A stretch of DNA of 29,737 nt, taken from positions 21,038-50,774 of the forward strand of contig CAZUFC010000059.1 of the NCBI GenBank assembly GCA_964619725.1, in the 5' to 3' direction. The stretch comes from an uncultured bacterium (GTDB taxonomy: Bacteria > CSSED10-310 > CAZUFC01). The translations under genes and the position numbers were made by a program. Shown here piece after piece: positions 1 through 10,400 of this stretch (its first letter is position 1; every line of letters starts with the position of its first letter). Under the pieces are notes generated by a model. The model ran no database searches, was not told the origin of the DNA, and saw nothing but the letters and a program-made list of their open reading frames with translations.

Positions 1-55
1 GATCGTTTTCTGAATCTGCCTTTACCGTGTCAGGCTTGTCGGCATTGTTGTTCAG
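1..55. repeat. 55-bp direct repeat, copy 1 (may extend left of the window)
   Basis: gatcgttttctgaatctgcctttaccgtgtcaggcttgtcggcattgttgttcag is identical at 1-55 and 363-417. Confidence 0.95.
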
Positions 56-116
56 CCGCGTACTTTTCTGATTTCGAATTCGCCGGCGCCAGAGATGTTT
101 TCGACGGACCCTCTTG

Positions 117-304
117 TTCGCGTGAATTCGCGAAGTTTCGCGGACGAAAAAAAAGAAAACCACAATTTGTGGAAATTATAATAGATGTGAGCTTTAACCA
201 GATATGGATATGGAATGATTCTTTCGATAATGCGCATGCCGGTGCGACCGATGAACGGTGAGTGTGGAATATGCTGTCCGCGAATTTACGCGAATTTACG
301 CGAA
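117..304. repeat. Imperfect 29-bp inverted repeat pair (117-145 and 276-304) made of 10-bp periodic units (cgcgaattta)
   Basis: ttcgcgtgaattcgcgaagtttcgcggac (117-145) matches the reverse complement of gtccgcgaatttacgcgaatttacgcgaa (276-304) at 25/29 positions. Confidence 0.9.
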
Positions 305-362
305 AAAAGAAAAGGACTTGAAGGCTGGAGAAGTTGATTTACTTCAAGCGGTCGCCATGCCG

Positions 363-417
363 GATCGTTTTCTGAATCTGCCTTTACCGTGTCAGGCTTG
401 TCGGCATTGTTGTTCAG
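363..417. repeat. 55-bp direct repeat, copy 2
   Basis: Exact copy of 1-55. Confidence 0.95.
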
Positions 418-538
418 TCTTCCAGGTTCCTGTTTTTCCAGCTTTCCATGTACCGCCGGATATAGCCTGTGGTTTTTGTTCCTAAAAATCTGGGTATTCT
501 GATCACCGCCGATTTTTCAATTTCGCGGAGTCTCCCGG

Positions 539-2488
539 TCACTTTTGAAAAATCAATCCCAGACGATAGTCTCTGCCTGCCCTGTAATAGCCGATCTCTT
601 CGTAGTAATCCTCATCAAATATGTTTTTTACCGCCGCATAAACCCTCAGGCGACTCGTGATCTCCTGTTCAGCACGGATATCCCACAAGGAATAAGAATC
701 TACTTCCAGTTTGTTGTCGTCTCTATCATATTCGTAACGTGTCGAACGCCATATGCCGTTTAATGACAGTTGCAGACCGAAAAACGTTTTATATTCCGTA
801 AATAGATTTACCGAGTGAGTCGGTATGTGCGGCAGCTCTTCCTGCAACGTACCGGGAGATTCGTTTTTTGTCTCTGTCCAGGTATGACTCAAGCTGATCT
901 GTAGGTCTTCCGCCGGAAAAATGTCCACCCCGGTTTCCAGGCCGGACGATTTCGCTTCGTTGATATTCTCGAAGGGGTCATTGCGGCTTTTTCTGTCGAT
1001 CAGATTGGAAATGTCGCTGTAGAAAAACGCTGTTTGAAATTTTACCCGATTTAATTGCAGATTGTATCCTATTTCATAATTAACGCTTTCCTGTAATTTC
1101 AGACCGGGATTGCCGTACTCTTCCGTGTATAGCTGGTGAAGGGTCGGAAATCTGTTCTTGAACGCTGCCGCGGCGAATATTCGTTGCCCCTTTCCCGTCT
1201 CGTACCCCACGCTCAAATGAGGATTAAACGACGTGGCGTCGTTGCCGGCGGTCATGTGATCTCCCGTATCGATCTGATTCAGAAGATCATAATGGAATCC
1301 CGCCTCCAGGGTAACTTTCTTCAGGGGCTCCCAATCGCCTTCCAGGGCAAAACTGAACGTTTGCGCTTCATATTGTTCCCACGGTTCTCCAAGATCATCC
1401 TGAGACTTATGGTTGTCCTCAGTGAAGAAAATGCCCGATCTCAGATTATATTCATCGGAGGAGGTCAGAAAATATTGCAACTGCGCTCCGAAGGAATAAT
1501 CATCGTAAGCGCTGGTCCATTGAATTTCGCTGTATTCGTCGCTTTCGTACGATTTAAGAATGTTGTCGTATTTGTGGTAAAAAATATTGGACCGAAAATA
1601 TCCCATCGTACCCGTTGCAATTCTGGAATAAATGCCGGCGGTATGTTTTTTCCAGACAGGAAATCGCCAATACCTGGTTTTACCTTCCACTGAGGGCGGA
1701 ATGCCCTTTTCCGAATCCACCATGTTGTAAGAAACGGATAACTCATTTAAATCGTCCCATTCATAACCAAGCTTGAATGATGCATTGAATCCGGTGTAAT
1801 GACTGTTTTCCCTGAGATTGCCGTCTTCTGCCGGAGAAGCGCCTTCCGGGGGATCAAAATCCGAAGATAACTGAAAACCGTCGGTATCCTTGTATCCCGT
1901 GGACAATTGATAGTAGTAACCCTCTTGTGATTTGTACCCGTGATTCAAATTCAACCGGTAATAATCGTTGCGTCCCATTTCGGCCGTCACATCAAGATTA
2001 TAGCCTTCTAAGGGTTTCTGAGTCACCAGATTAACCACTCCGCCCATGCTGTTAACGCCATATAACGCAGATGATGCGCCTTTTTCCACCACGATCCGGG
2101 ATAAATTCCCCGTCGGCAGTTCCGATATATCCAGGTCTCCGTAATAGGGCGAATAAATCGGAACGCCGTCAAGCATGAATACTACTTTTTCCTGGTCGAA
2201 TCCCCGGATGATGATTCGAGCCTCATCTTTCGAGCCTGTCGTTATTACGACTCCTTTCATCGTGGAAAGCGCCTCAGAAACGTCGTCAGCGGTTTCAGCC
2301 GTTATACGGTCCTCATCCTTTATTTCCGTGGATTGCAATCCTGCGGATTCCTCACGCTCTGAGATTACGACTATTTCTCCCAGGTCGAACACTATTCGGG
2401 CGCCCGGTTTCTGTTCAGTCGCACCTCCCACAGCGCCGCTCACAATCAAAAATGTGAAAAGCAAGATATGTATTTTTCCTAATTTCAT
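539..2488 (-). CDS. TonB-dependent outer membrane receptor (BtuB/CirA-like size; substrate unknown)
   Basis: 649 aa; signal peptide; TonB-box-like LGEIVVIS; plug motifs IRGF, DGVPI, VEKGASSALYG, GGVVNLVT; barrel-end motifs GNPGLKLQES, VKNIFDEDY, GRDYRLGL; AGGAG RBS upstream. Confidence 0.95.
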   Translation of the reverse strand: MKLGKIHILLFTFLIVSGAVGGATEQKPGARIVFDLGEIVVISEREESAGLQSTEIKDEDRITAETADDVSEALSTMKGVVITTGSKDEARIIIRGFDQEKVVFMLDGVPIYSPYYGDLDISELPTGNLSRIVVEKGASSALYGVNSMGGVVNLVTQKPLEGYNLDVTAEMGRNDYYRLNLNHGYKSQEGYYYQLSTGYKDTDGFQLSSDFDPPEGASPAEDGNLRENSHYTGFNASFKLGYEWDDLNELSVSYNMVDSEKGIPPSVEGKTRYWRFPVWKKHTAGIYSRIATGTMGYFRSNIFYHKYDNILKSYESDEYSEIQWTSAYDDYSFGAQLQYFLTSSDEYNLRSGIFFTEDNHKSQDDLGEPWEQYEAQTFSFALEGDWEPLKKVTLEAGFHYDLLNQIDTGDHMTAGNDATSFNPHLSVGYETGKGQRIFAAAAFKNRFPTLHQLYTEEYGNPGLKLQESVNYEIGYNLQLNRVKFQTAFFYSDISNLIDRKSRNDPFENINEAKSSGLETGVDIFPAEDLQISLSHTWTETKNESPGTLQEELPHIPTHSVNLFTEYKTFFGLQLSLNGIWRSTRYEYDRDDNKLEVDSYSLWDIRAEQEITSRLRVYAAVKNIFDEDYYEEIGYYRAGRDYRLGLIFQK

Positions 2489-2650
2489 TTTCCGGCTCCT
2501 TCAATACTGATTAATTCAATTCTTAATTTATTCTCAGACCTGCTTCACCATCCACCGTAACTGCTGATTCCGCATTATTTCATTCGTTCCCTCTTTCAGT
2601 CCGAAAATTATTATATTATGTCCCTCCTGCATTACGGACGGATCGTTCTA

Positions 2651-2678
2651 TTTATCGAATTTTTTTATACAATGTCAA
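2651..2678 (-). promoter_or_regulatory. Candidate sigma70 promoter for the TonB receptor
   Basis: Minus strand TTGACA-16 nt-GATAAA; perfect -35, weak -10. Confidence 0.3.
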
Positions 2679-2872
2679 CCCTTCCGCCCGGCGGGTTTTT
2701 GAATGGGGACGGAACGGCTCCATTCTTCATTAAAACGGAAATGGTAATACTTCTGGAAGCTGAGTTGCTCTTATGGTCTGATGGGACCGCGGACAGGGCT
2801 TCGTCAAGAGTCGATAGGGCTCGGTTTTTTGAGGATTGAATGATTTGCCGGAGGAGATGGAGAAATTGCCGC

Positions 2873-2901
2873 TTGACCCTGGAAAAGGGAAAAAATATAC
2901 T
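2873..2901 (+). promoter_or_regulatory. Candidate sigma70 promoter for tricorn protease
   Basis: TTGACC-17 nt-TATACT, 5/6 match at both boxes with canonical spacing, ~190 bp upstream of the start. Confidence 0.65.
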
Positions 2902-3090
2902 GAATTTCCGAAAGTCGGAGGCAGGAGTTAAGGCATTGTATTTTTTAATTTATGGAAGAAGAATATGAGTCGGGCCGGTATAGGCGTTTCTGGAAAAAGC
3001 CGGTAATGGCTGCGATGAGAGAACGGTCCGGCAGGCAAATGCGCAGGAGTGCGAATCAGGCAGTTTAACAACGAAAGGAAGAGGAAAAAT

Positions 3091-6000
3091 ATGAGCAAGT
3101 CGGCAGGATATTACATGGAACCGACGATTTACGATGAGACTATCGTGTTCGTCAGCGATGATGATTTATGGGCAGTAGGGACTAAAGGAGGGCAAGCTCG
3201 ACGTTTGACTTCTGTTCCTGGAATTGTATCGACGCCGCGAATTTCTCCTGACGGTGAATGGACGGCTTTTATCGGACGTATAGAAGGTTATCCGGAAGTT
3301 TACGTCATCCCTTCGGCGGGTGGAAAACCGCGCCGAATAAGTTACAACGGCGGAAGGATGTGCAAGGTTCTGGGATGGAGCCGGGACGGAAATTCCGTCA
3401 TTTTCGCAACCCCGGCAGGCCGGCCTTTTTATTCGCTGAACTATGTCTATAGTATGCCGCTTGACGGAGGCCCTCCGGAAAAATTGCCGTGCGGCCCCGC
3501 CGCCAGTATTTCATTCGGTCCGCAGGACCAGATCGTGCTGGGCCGACATGGACGCGATCCCGCTCAATGGAAACGCTACAGAGGCGGTCGCATGGGCAGG
3601 ATATGGATAGATCGCGAAGGCGACGGTAAGTTTGAACTGTTGCTCGATATCGAATCCAACATGGCCTTCCCCATGTGGATCAAAGACAGAATTTACTTTT
3701 TAAGCGATCACGAAGGCATCGCCAATATCTACTCCTGTAATTTAATAGGTGAAAGGATAACCAGACACACTGATCATGAAGAATTTTACGCCCGGAATCC
3801 TTCCACAGACGGGAAAAATATCGCCTATCACGCCGGCGGCGACCTTTACGTCTTGAATATTAAAAACGATGAAATCAATAAAGTCGATGTGGACTTTCGC
3901 TCATCCAGAACTCAAATCGCCGGAAGATACCTGAAAGCCGGCAAATACTTTGAAACCTTCGACCTGCATCCTAAAGTGCACTCACTAGCCTTCACCTCCC
4001 GCGGAAAACCCTTCACTATGGGATTATGGGAAGGACCTTCAATACAACACGGCCTGGCAGGCGGAGCCGTCAGATATCGACTGGCGAAATGGTTGAACGA
4101 CGGACGGAGATTGGTCGCCGTTTCCGACGAAGGGGACGAAGAAGCCCTCGAAATCTTTCCTGTTGACGACAGTGAAATGGAACGTATCAGACTGGATGGA
4201 ATGGATATAGGACGCCCCGTTCTCATGGAAGTCTCTCCCGTTAATGATGAAGTCGTCCTGACGAATCATCGCAAGGAACTGTTATGGATAAATTTGAAAA
4301 AGAAAACGATGAGAATGCTCGATAAAAGTATGCATATTCGTATTTACGGCATCTCCTGGTCGCCGGACGGAAGATGGGTTGCCTACATGTTCGGAGTGAC
4401 TCATTCAACGTCGATCATAAAAATTTGCCGTATTGAAACGGGCGAAACCTTTGAAGTTACCGAACCAGTACTGATCGATTCGCAGCCTTCCTTTGATCCC
4501 GAAGGACGCTATCTCTATTTCATTTCCAATCGTATTTTTGATCCCGTTCCCGATCAGCACGCCTTCGACTATAACTTTCCCAAAGGGCAAAAACCAATGC
4601 TGATTACTCTCAGAAAAGATGTCCCATCCCCTTTCCTGCCGGCTCCAAAGCCTCTGGAAGAGGATGAAAAAAGCGATAAAAAAGAAGGCAAGGACTCCAA
4701 AGGCAAAAAAAGCGATAAAATTGAAATACATTTCGACGGTATAAAGCGGCGGTTATTGAGCTTCCCGGTTCCGGAAGGCATATACGGACAAATATCGGGA
4801 AACGCAAATAAAGTTTTCTTTAGCTCTTTCCCGATAAAAGGGACCATAAACCGGTCCATATTTTCCACAACGCCGGAAGCGAACGGGTCCATAGAATATT
4901 ATGATTTTACGGCGCAAAAAAAGGAATCGTTCGTTTCGAGCGTCACTTCCTTCTCCATGTCGAAAACCGGCAAAACGCTGGCTTACAGATCAGGCAATAA
5001 ATTAAGGGTTCTAAAGACGGAAGAAAAACCGGACGAAAAACTGGAAAAAGAACCGCCGGGACGAAAAAGCGGCTGGATCGATCTCAACAGGGCGCGACTG
5101 TGGATATATCCTCATTCCGAATGGAAACAGATGTACAGAGAAACCTGGCGTTTACTGCGGGAACATTATTTCACGGAAAATATGGCAGATGTCGACTGGA
5201 ACAAGATATACGAAAGATACCTACCGTTGATCGACAGGCTTTCCGCCAGATATGAATTGTCGGATTTGCTCTGGGAACTGGGCGGAGAACTCGGTACGTC
5301 CCATGCGTACGAAATCGGCGGCGATTATCCTTCCTATTCCAGACCGTCCCAGGGTTATCTGGCGGCTGATTTTTCTTATGATGAAAGGAAGAACGGTTAC
5401 AGGATCGATCATATCGTGCAGGGCGATTCCTGGGACCGAAACGAGGATTCGCCCTTGAATCAGCCGGGGTTGAATGTTTCTCCCGGCGATGTTTTGTTGG
5501 CCGTTAACGGACGGAAGCTCCATTCGGATAATTCGCCGAATGAATTGCTCATTGACCAGGGCGGCATGGAAGCGCTTTTGACTATTGCGCCGAAGAGAGG
5601 AAAACAGAAAAACATCACCGTAAAAACGCTGAGGGATGATATGCCGGCCAGACTTCGGGAATGGATCAGAAACAATACGGAATACGTTCACAAGAAAACC
5701 AAGGAACAGGTCGGATATATTTATCTTCCTGATATGTCGCCGCCCGGTTTCGCTGAATTTCACAGGGCTTTCCTCTCAGAAGTCCACCGTGACGCCCTTA
5801 TAGTGGATGTGAGAAACAATTCCGGAGGAGCCGTTTCTCCCATCATAGTGGAAAAGTTGTCCCGTAAACGGGTCGGTTACAACATTCAGCGCTGGGGAGA
5901 GATAGAGCCGACTCCCACAGAAGCGGTAAAGGGTCCCATCGTCTGTCTGACGGATGAGTTTGGGGGTTCCGACGGCGACATCTTCAGCCATGTTTTCAAA

Positions 6001-6354
6001 CAACTGAAACTGGGACTCCTGATCGGCAAGAGAACCTGGGGAGGCATCGTCGGACTGAATCCCACTCATCCTCTCGTCGACGGCAGCATTACCACTCAGC
6101 CCGAATTCTTCAACTGGTTCGATGATGTGGGATGGGGCCTGGAAAACAGGGGCGCCGAGCCGGACATTATAGTGGAATACAAACCGCAGGATTATGAAAA
6201 AGGGGTAGACCCGCAGCTTGACAGAGGCATCAAAGAAATCCTTAAACAGTTGAAAGCAGCCCCGCCTTCTATGCCCGATTTCGGTAAGCCTCCCTCCCGG
6301 GCAACGCCCAAACTGCCTCCGAAAACAACGAAAAAGAAGAGCGGGAAAAAATAA
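3091..6354 (+). CDS. Tricorn protease (peptidase S41B), no signal peptide
   Basis: Beta-propeller repeats (PRISPDG, WSPDGRW, FDPEGRYL), WKRYRGG, catalytic His (GTSHAYE), PDZ-like region, DVRNNSGG, catalytic Ser motif GSDGD, GKRTWGG, ENRGAEPD. Start moved from GTG 3049 to ATG 3091, which follows a purine-rich RBS (aaggaagagg). Confidence 0.95.
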   Translation: MSKSAGYYMEPTIYDETIVFVSDDDLWAVGTKGGQARRLTSVPGIVSTPRISPDGEWTAFIGRIEGYPEVYVIPSAGGKPRRISYNGGRMCKVLGWSRDGNSVIFATPAGRPFYSLNYVYSMPLDGGPPEKLPCGPAASISFGPQDQIVLGRHGRDPAQWKRYRGGRMGRIWIDREGDGKFELLLDIESNMAFPMWIKDRIYFLSDHEGIANIYSCNLIGERITRHTDHEEFYARNPSTDGKNIAYHAGGDLYVLNIKNDEINKVDVDFRSSRTQIAGRYLKAGKYFETFDLHPKVHSLAFTSRGKPFTMGLWEGPSIQHGLAGGAVRYRLAKWLNDGRRLVAVSDEGDEEALEIFPVDDSEMERIRLDGMDIGRPVLMEVSPVNDEVVLTNHRKELLWINLKKKTMRMLDKSMHIRIYGISWSPDGRWVAYMFGVTHSTSIIKICRIETGETFEVTEPVLIDSQPSFDPEGRYLYFISNRIFDPVPDQHAFDYNFPKGQKPMLITLRKDVPSPFLPAPKPLEEDEKSDKKEGKDSKGKKSDKIEIHFDGIKRRLLSFPVPEGIYGQISGNANKVFFSSFPIKGTINRSIFSTTPEANGSIEYYDFTAQKKESFVSSVTSFSMSKTGKTLAYRSGNKLRVLKTEEKPDEKLEKEPPGRKSGWIDLNRARLWIYPHSEWKQMYRETWRLLREHYFTENMADVDWNKIYERYLPLIDRLSARYELSDLLWELGGELGTSHAYEIGGDYPSYSRPSQGYLAADFSYDERKNGYRIDHIVQGDSWDRNEDSPLNQPGLNVSPGDVLLAVNGRKLHSDNSPNELLIDQGGMEALLTIAPKRGKQKNITVKTLRDDMPARLREWIRNNTEYVHKKTKEQVGYIYLPDMSPPGFAEFHRAFLSEVHRDALIVDVRNNSGGAVSPIIVEKLSRKRVGYNIQRWGEIEPTPTEAVKGPIVCLTDEFGGSDGDIFSHVFKQLKLGLLIGKRTWGGIVGLNPTHPLVDGSITTQPEFFNWFDDVGWGLENRGAEPDIIVEYKPQDYEKGVDPQLDRGIKEILKQLKAAPPSMPDFGKPPSRATPKLPPKTTKKKSGKK

Positions 6355-6370
6355 GGTTATTCTGCGGCGA

Positions 6371-6410
6371 ATAAAAAACGACCGGCTGAATCAGCCGGTC
6401 GTTTTTTTAT
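6371..6410. terminator. Bidirectional Rho-independent terminator
   Basis: aaaaaacgaccggctga-a-tcagccggtcgttttttt: perfect GC-rich stem with A-run left and T-run right, between convergent genes. Confidence 0.9.
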
Positions 6411-6460
6411 CTATATGAAAAGCCGCTGTTTTCAGCAACGGCTCGCAATACAGAGAAGGT

Positions 6461-7054
6461 TCAATATTCCTGTCTTTCGCCCTTTTCCGGTTCACTGTTC
6501 ATTTCGGGCGGCGGGTTCCAGTATTCCTGCTCTTCATATTCCTCGTATTCACCTTCATATCTTTGACGCCTTTCTCCTTCCCAGGCCCGACGACTGCTGC
6601 CCGGCCCCGTTCGGTATTCCCTGACAGGCGCCAGTCTCTGATTCATGCGTATCTTCATGCCGGGTCTCACCAGAACCTCAATAATCAAAGGTTCATAACC
6701 TTCTAAATAGGCATCGATCCGATACTCCCCCGGCTCCAATACCAGATACTCCGGCCATCCGTCAAAATCATCCGCCGTCCCTACATACCTGCCGTCAACA
6801 TAAATCGCAGCCTCCTCAGGAGCTATATCCGTGTCGATCGCTCCCATCGCCGGAACAGGTCTTACAGGAGGCGGAGGGGGAACAGGAACCACCGGTATGG
6901 GCGGCAGCGGCGGAAACGGAAAAGGTATCCTCACGTTCACATGCCGACCGGCCCTCCGATAACGCCGACCTCGCCACGCCTCAGCCTCAGAACTTATTCC
7001 CAACGTTCCTATCAAAATCGTCGCTGTTATTAAAACAATCATTGCCTTTTTCAT
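6461..7054 (-). CDS. Exported PEGA-domain protein with Arg-rich and Pro-rich N-terminal region
   Basis: Signal peptide (ends AEA); poly-Pro linker; PEGA-like IAPEEAAIYVDGRYVG...LEPGEYRIDAYLEGYEP; AGGAGG RBS 5 nt before ATG 7054. Confidence 0.85.
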   Translation of the reverse strand: MKKAMIVLITATILIGTLGISSEAEAWRGRRYRRAGRHVNVRIPFPFPPLPPIPVVPVPPPPPVRPVPAMGAIDTDIAPEEAAIYVDGRYVGTADDFDGWPEYLVLEPGEYRIDAYLEGYEPLIIEVLVRPGMKIRMNQRLAPVREYRTGPGSSRRAWEGERRQRYEGEYEEYEEQEYWNPPPEMNSEPEKGERQEY

Positions 7055-7082
7055 CACTTCCTCCTTTCGCTCCCTTCATCAA

Positions 7083-7098
7083 AGCAATTCCCATACCA
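7083..7098 (-). promoter_or_regulatory. Candidate sigma54 (-24/-12) promoter of the PEGA gene
   Basis: Minus strand TGGTATG-GGAA-TTGCT matches TGGCACG-N4-TTGCW with exact GG/GC spacing, just upstream of the RBS. Confidence 0.6.
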
Positions 7099-7257
7099 AT
7101 CTTTGACAAAATAAGCCGGCTTCGATAGATGCTCCTTCTTCAATGAAAAATGGCTGTCGGTTCGGTTTCGCTGAATTGAAAAGATACGCAGCAGAACTGA
7201 AGCATGTAATCCAGCGAGGACAGGTGTGATATCTCGTTGAAACAAAGGCGAGAGAGG

Positions 7258-7345
7258 GGAAGGATGGAAGATTGGAAGGACTGGGAGATTGGATGGATTG
7301 GGGGGGATGGCAGAGTGGGAGGGAAGAAGAGCTGAAGAAATGGAG
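7258..7345. repeat. Degenerate 8-9-bp periodic purine-rich tandem array
   Basis: ggaaggat|ggaagatt|ggaaggact|gggagatt|ggatggatt|gggggggat|ggcagagt|gggaggga; almost no C on + strand. Confidence 0.75.
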
Positions 7346-7350
7346 AATGC

Positions 7351-7429
7351 ATGGCTTAGCTTTATTGCCGGGGCATTAAACTGGCATCCGCCCGTTGTCC
7401 CATGGGGTCGGAGCCCGACGCAAAGCCAT
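7351..7429. repeat. REP-like palindromic segment downstream of the amidohydrolase
   Basis: atggcttagc (7351-7360) pairs 9/10 with gcaaagccat (7420-7429); internal hairpin gtcgg-agc-ccgac (7407-7419). Confidence 0.35.
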
Positions 7430-7459
7430 ATACGTTATCTTACGTTTGTCGGCGGGTAT

Positions 7460-10400
7460 CTATGGTTCGCATCCCCATTCTACGGCTTCCCAGTTACCGA
7501 TAATTTGATTCATCTCTTGATTGAGCATCGCTCCGTAGAAATAAAGTCCATGGATTTCAACATTTCCGATATCAGGCCAGGTTATCGTGGGTATGACCTT
7601 TACAGGAGTCGTGCCCGTGGGTACGTTCATAATCTGATAATCGATTTCTTCCGATTCCGGCGGGTTATAATACTTCCAGCAAGGCCAGAACCAGTATTCT
7701 CCATAGATATCCATCAGGAAAAAAACGGGCACGTCGGTCATGGTATCGCCCGGATTATCGATATAAGCGTTTACAAAAAAATCATCCCCGGCATGAACGA
7801 CAGTCGGCATTTCCATTCTTACTCCCAGTTGCCAAACGATTGCACCGCCGATCAGGGTAATTTGAGGTAGAAATTTTCTTATAAAAGCATTGACGGTCGC
7901 CAGCCGTTCTGTATCCTGGACTCCCTCCGGCGTTCTGCCCAAAGTTTCCAAAGAAGTTCCTCCGGGCCCTCTTATACCCAGCGGATTCGCTTTCCAGATG
8001 ATCATATCGGCAAACCAGCCCGGACTTTCAGAACTTTCGCGAGGAACAGCGATGGCGCCCATTTCCTGGTCCAGGCCGGAAACGTATGCCGGCCAGAAGG
8101 TCATAGCGCTGAGCGCCTGTTCCACGGACAACCGCATGGGATTCGCCGGCGTTTGCGTCGTTAATCCCAGCGGACCGTATACTTTGCCGGCCAGATAATC
8201 GGTGGGTTTACAGGCAGGGTCCTCGCCGAATTTCCCGACCCAATCCGTCGGATTAATCTCAATGGGCGTTCTGGCGACGGCTGATATGAGAGTTATCACG
8301 GGTCTGGGATCGCGCACAGCCGGCGGATCGGTATCCAGCGCAAACGGAATATCATAATCCATGAACAGAGGACACGGCATATGATGATGCGACCGCGGCC
8401 TCCACGGTAAATTTCGCCAGAAACTGCCGATTTCGCAATCCGGTATTTTCCACAACTCCTGAGCATAAGGAAAGCCATTGTTTCTGATCGACTGTCCGTC
8501 CAATGCAAGAAGAGAAGGCTGAACTGAAAATACGACGTTTCTCGAATCGGGCGTCGTTTCTGAATCGATGCCGCCTGTACCTCTGATATCCTGAACAGCC
8601 CGGCATGACATGTTCAGAATATGCTCTATCCTGTATCGCTCATTGTCGAATTCACGGTCAACCAGCGATAAATCCGCATCCTCCGGTATTACGTCCTGCC
8701 AGTAAGAGGGAAGCTCTCCCCAGGTTTCGGGAAAATGCTCTACGTCATATTTCAGTTGCCTGATTATCCTGGCCCACACATCAACCGCTCCGTCTCCGAT
8801 GCAATGACATACCGTCTGACACGGCATGGGAACGCCTTCCGCCTTCGCTGCAGAACGCTCATAAAATATTTTCGCCGCTGCAGCCAGCGTCCTCTCATAG
8901 CCATCCTGAATCTGCTCTATCAGATCGCCCAGTTTTCCGGCCAGTTCAGCAGGCTGATCCCTCGGCGGATAACCCGATGTAATAAGTTCCACGTGATCAA
9001 GAGCATTCAGATCGTCCCGCAAATCCTGCTCGCTGATCTCCCTGTTCAGAAAACCGACTATCCCTTCCTTGAAAAAGGTCCAGTCGTTTTGCAGCGCATC
9101 GTTGTAATGCGGGGACGAGGGGTCCGATTCACGAACAAGCCAGTATAAGGCAGCCGTTTCACGACTCGTAAAAACCTGCTCCTGCAGATTAGTCATGGTC
9201 AGCAGGCCGTAGCTGTGATTGAGAAACGTCAGTGTATTGCCGTCTTCATCCTCCGTTTCGTAAGAATCATCCATACGAGCTTTCGCCATAGGGGCATTCG
9301 TGCAAAGCGTCCGGGCCCCTGTACCTCCGTCCAGTTGTATTTTCCATCCCAGCCACCTGACCCAACCGGGATACTCAGAATGCCCCGCCGGAGCCTGCAG
9401 CCGCTCCACGTCATATCCGTCTGTCGGACTATGCGCCAAACTCATTGTCTTCTGAACCTCTACTGCATTTTCAATGTAATAATAGAGGCCGACACGCAAA
9501 TTAAAAGGATCAGCGCTCGTCGGAACAGAATCTCGGTAACCCCGGCCGGCGCCTCCGTATCCCTCGCCGTGATCATACGACAGCGCTTCATAAGATTCAA
9601 ATTCATAAGTATTCGTCACACGGCGATAAAACATAATGTCGTTCACCGCGGTCACGCCATGCCTATGACACCAGTCTGCCAGCCTCCGGCGATGCTCCAT
9701 GCAATCTTCAACCGTCGGTTCATCAATGACGAAAGATGAAAGAGCATCCCTCATAACATAATGCTCGGCATAACCGCTGGGACGCCAGACGCCCGCTTCC
9801 GCATCATGAAAATACTGGATCAGGCCCCTTTCCGCTCCGTTATACCAGTTTGTGCCGTGAGGTTCCCTGGGGTCCCAGTCGCCGTAATCAAGCATTTCTT
9901 CACTGACGCTGTGATCAGCGTATTCCGCCGCATCCTGCCATTCAGCGTCCGTTATGCATTCAACAATCGTACGGTAAAAAGGAACCGCAGCCGCCGTAAA
10001 CTCAACTTCATTGAAAGCATCATAAGCCAGGTCCTCGATGAAAGGCCGTACCTTCAGCTCATGTTCTTCCGCATCACGGGATAGCGTCTGAAAAGGCACA
10101 TAAAGGTCTTCCCCCGGCGGATCATAAACCACTGCAATATCAATGGGATAAGGCGGCGCAAGCGACATAAGCTCGTTTAAATCCGGGTCTCCCGCATCAA
10201 GCCTGACAGTCCAATCATCTTCAGACGGTGACGGAGGTGAAATCGACAGAACCGATACCTCGTCAAATTTCTCGCCTAACTCGTTTTCCTGGTAATCGTT
10301 AAATGCCTCCAGCGTTTCTGAATTATACCAGCATGCCTGTCCGCTGGTATGGACCAGTACCGCCGCAGTGCTCTCATACGTTACGGGCGGCCATTCTGAT

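Noticed and set aside
1-417. CRISPR array
   Set aside because: Only two 55-bp copies separated by 307 bp; no regular repeat-spacer periodicity and no cas genes.
2500-2640. Cobalamin riboswitch upstream of the BtuB-like receptor
   Set aside because: Fragments (agggaa on the minus strand; agacctgc and ccgtaactg on the plus strand) are on inconsistent strands and out of order; no gccactg/gggaag core.
7283-7323. Functional G-quadruplex
   Set aside because: G-tracts are irregular with long loops and are better explained as part of the degenerate 8-9-bp array.
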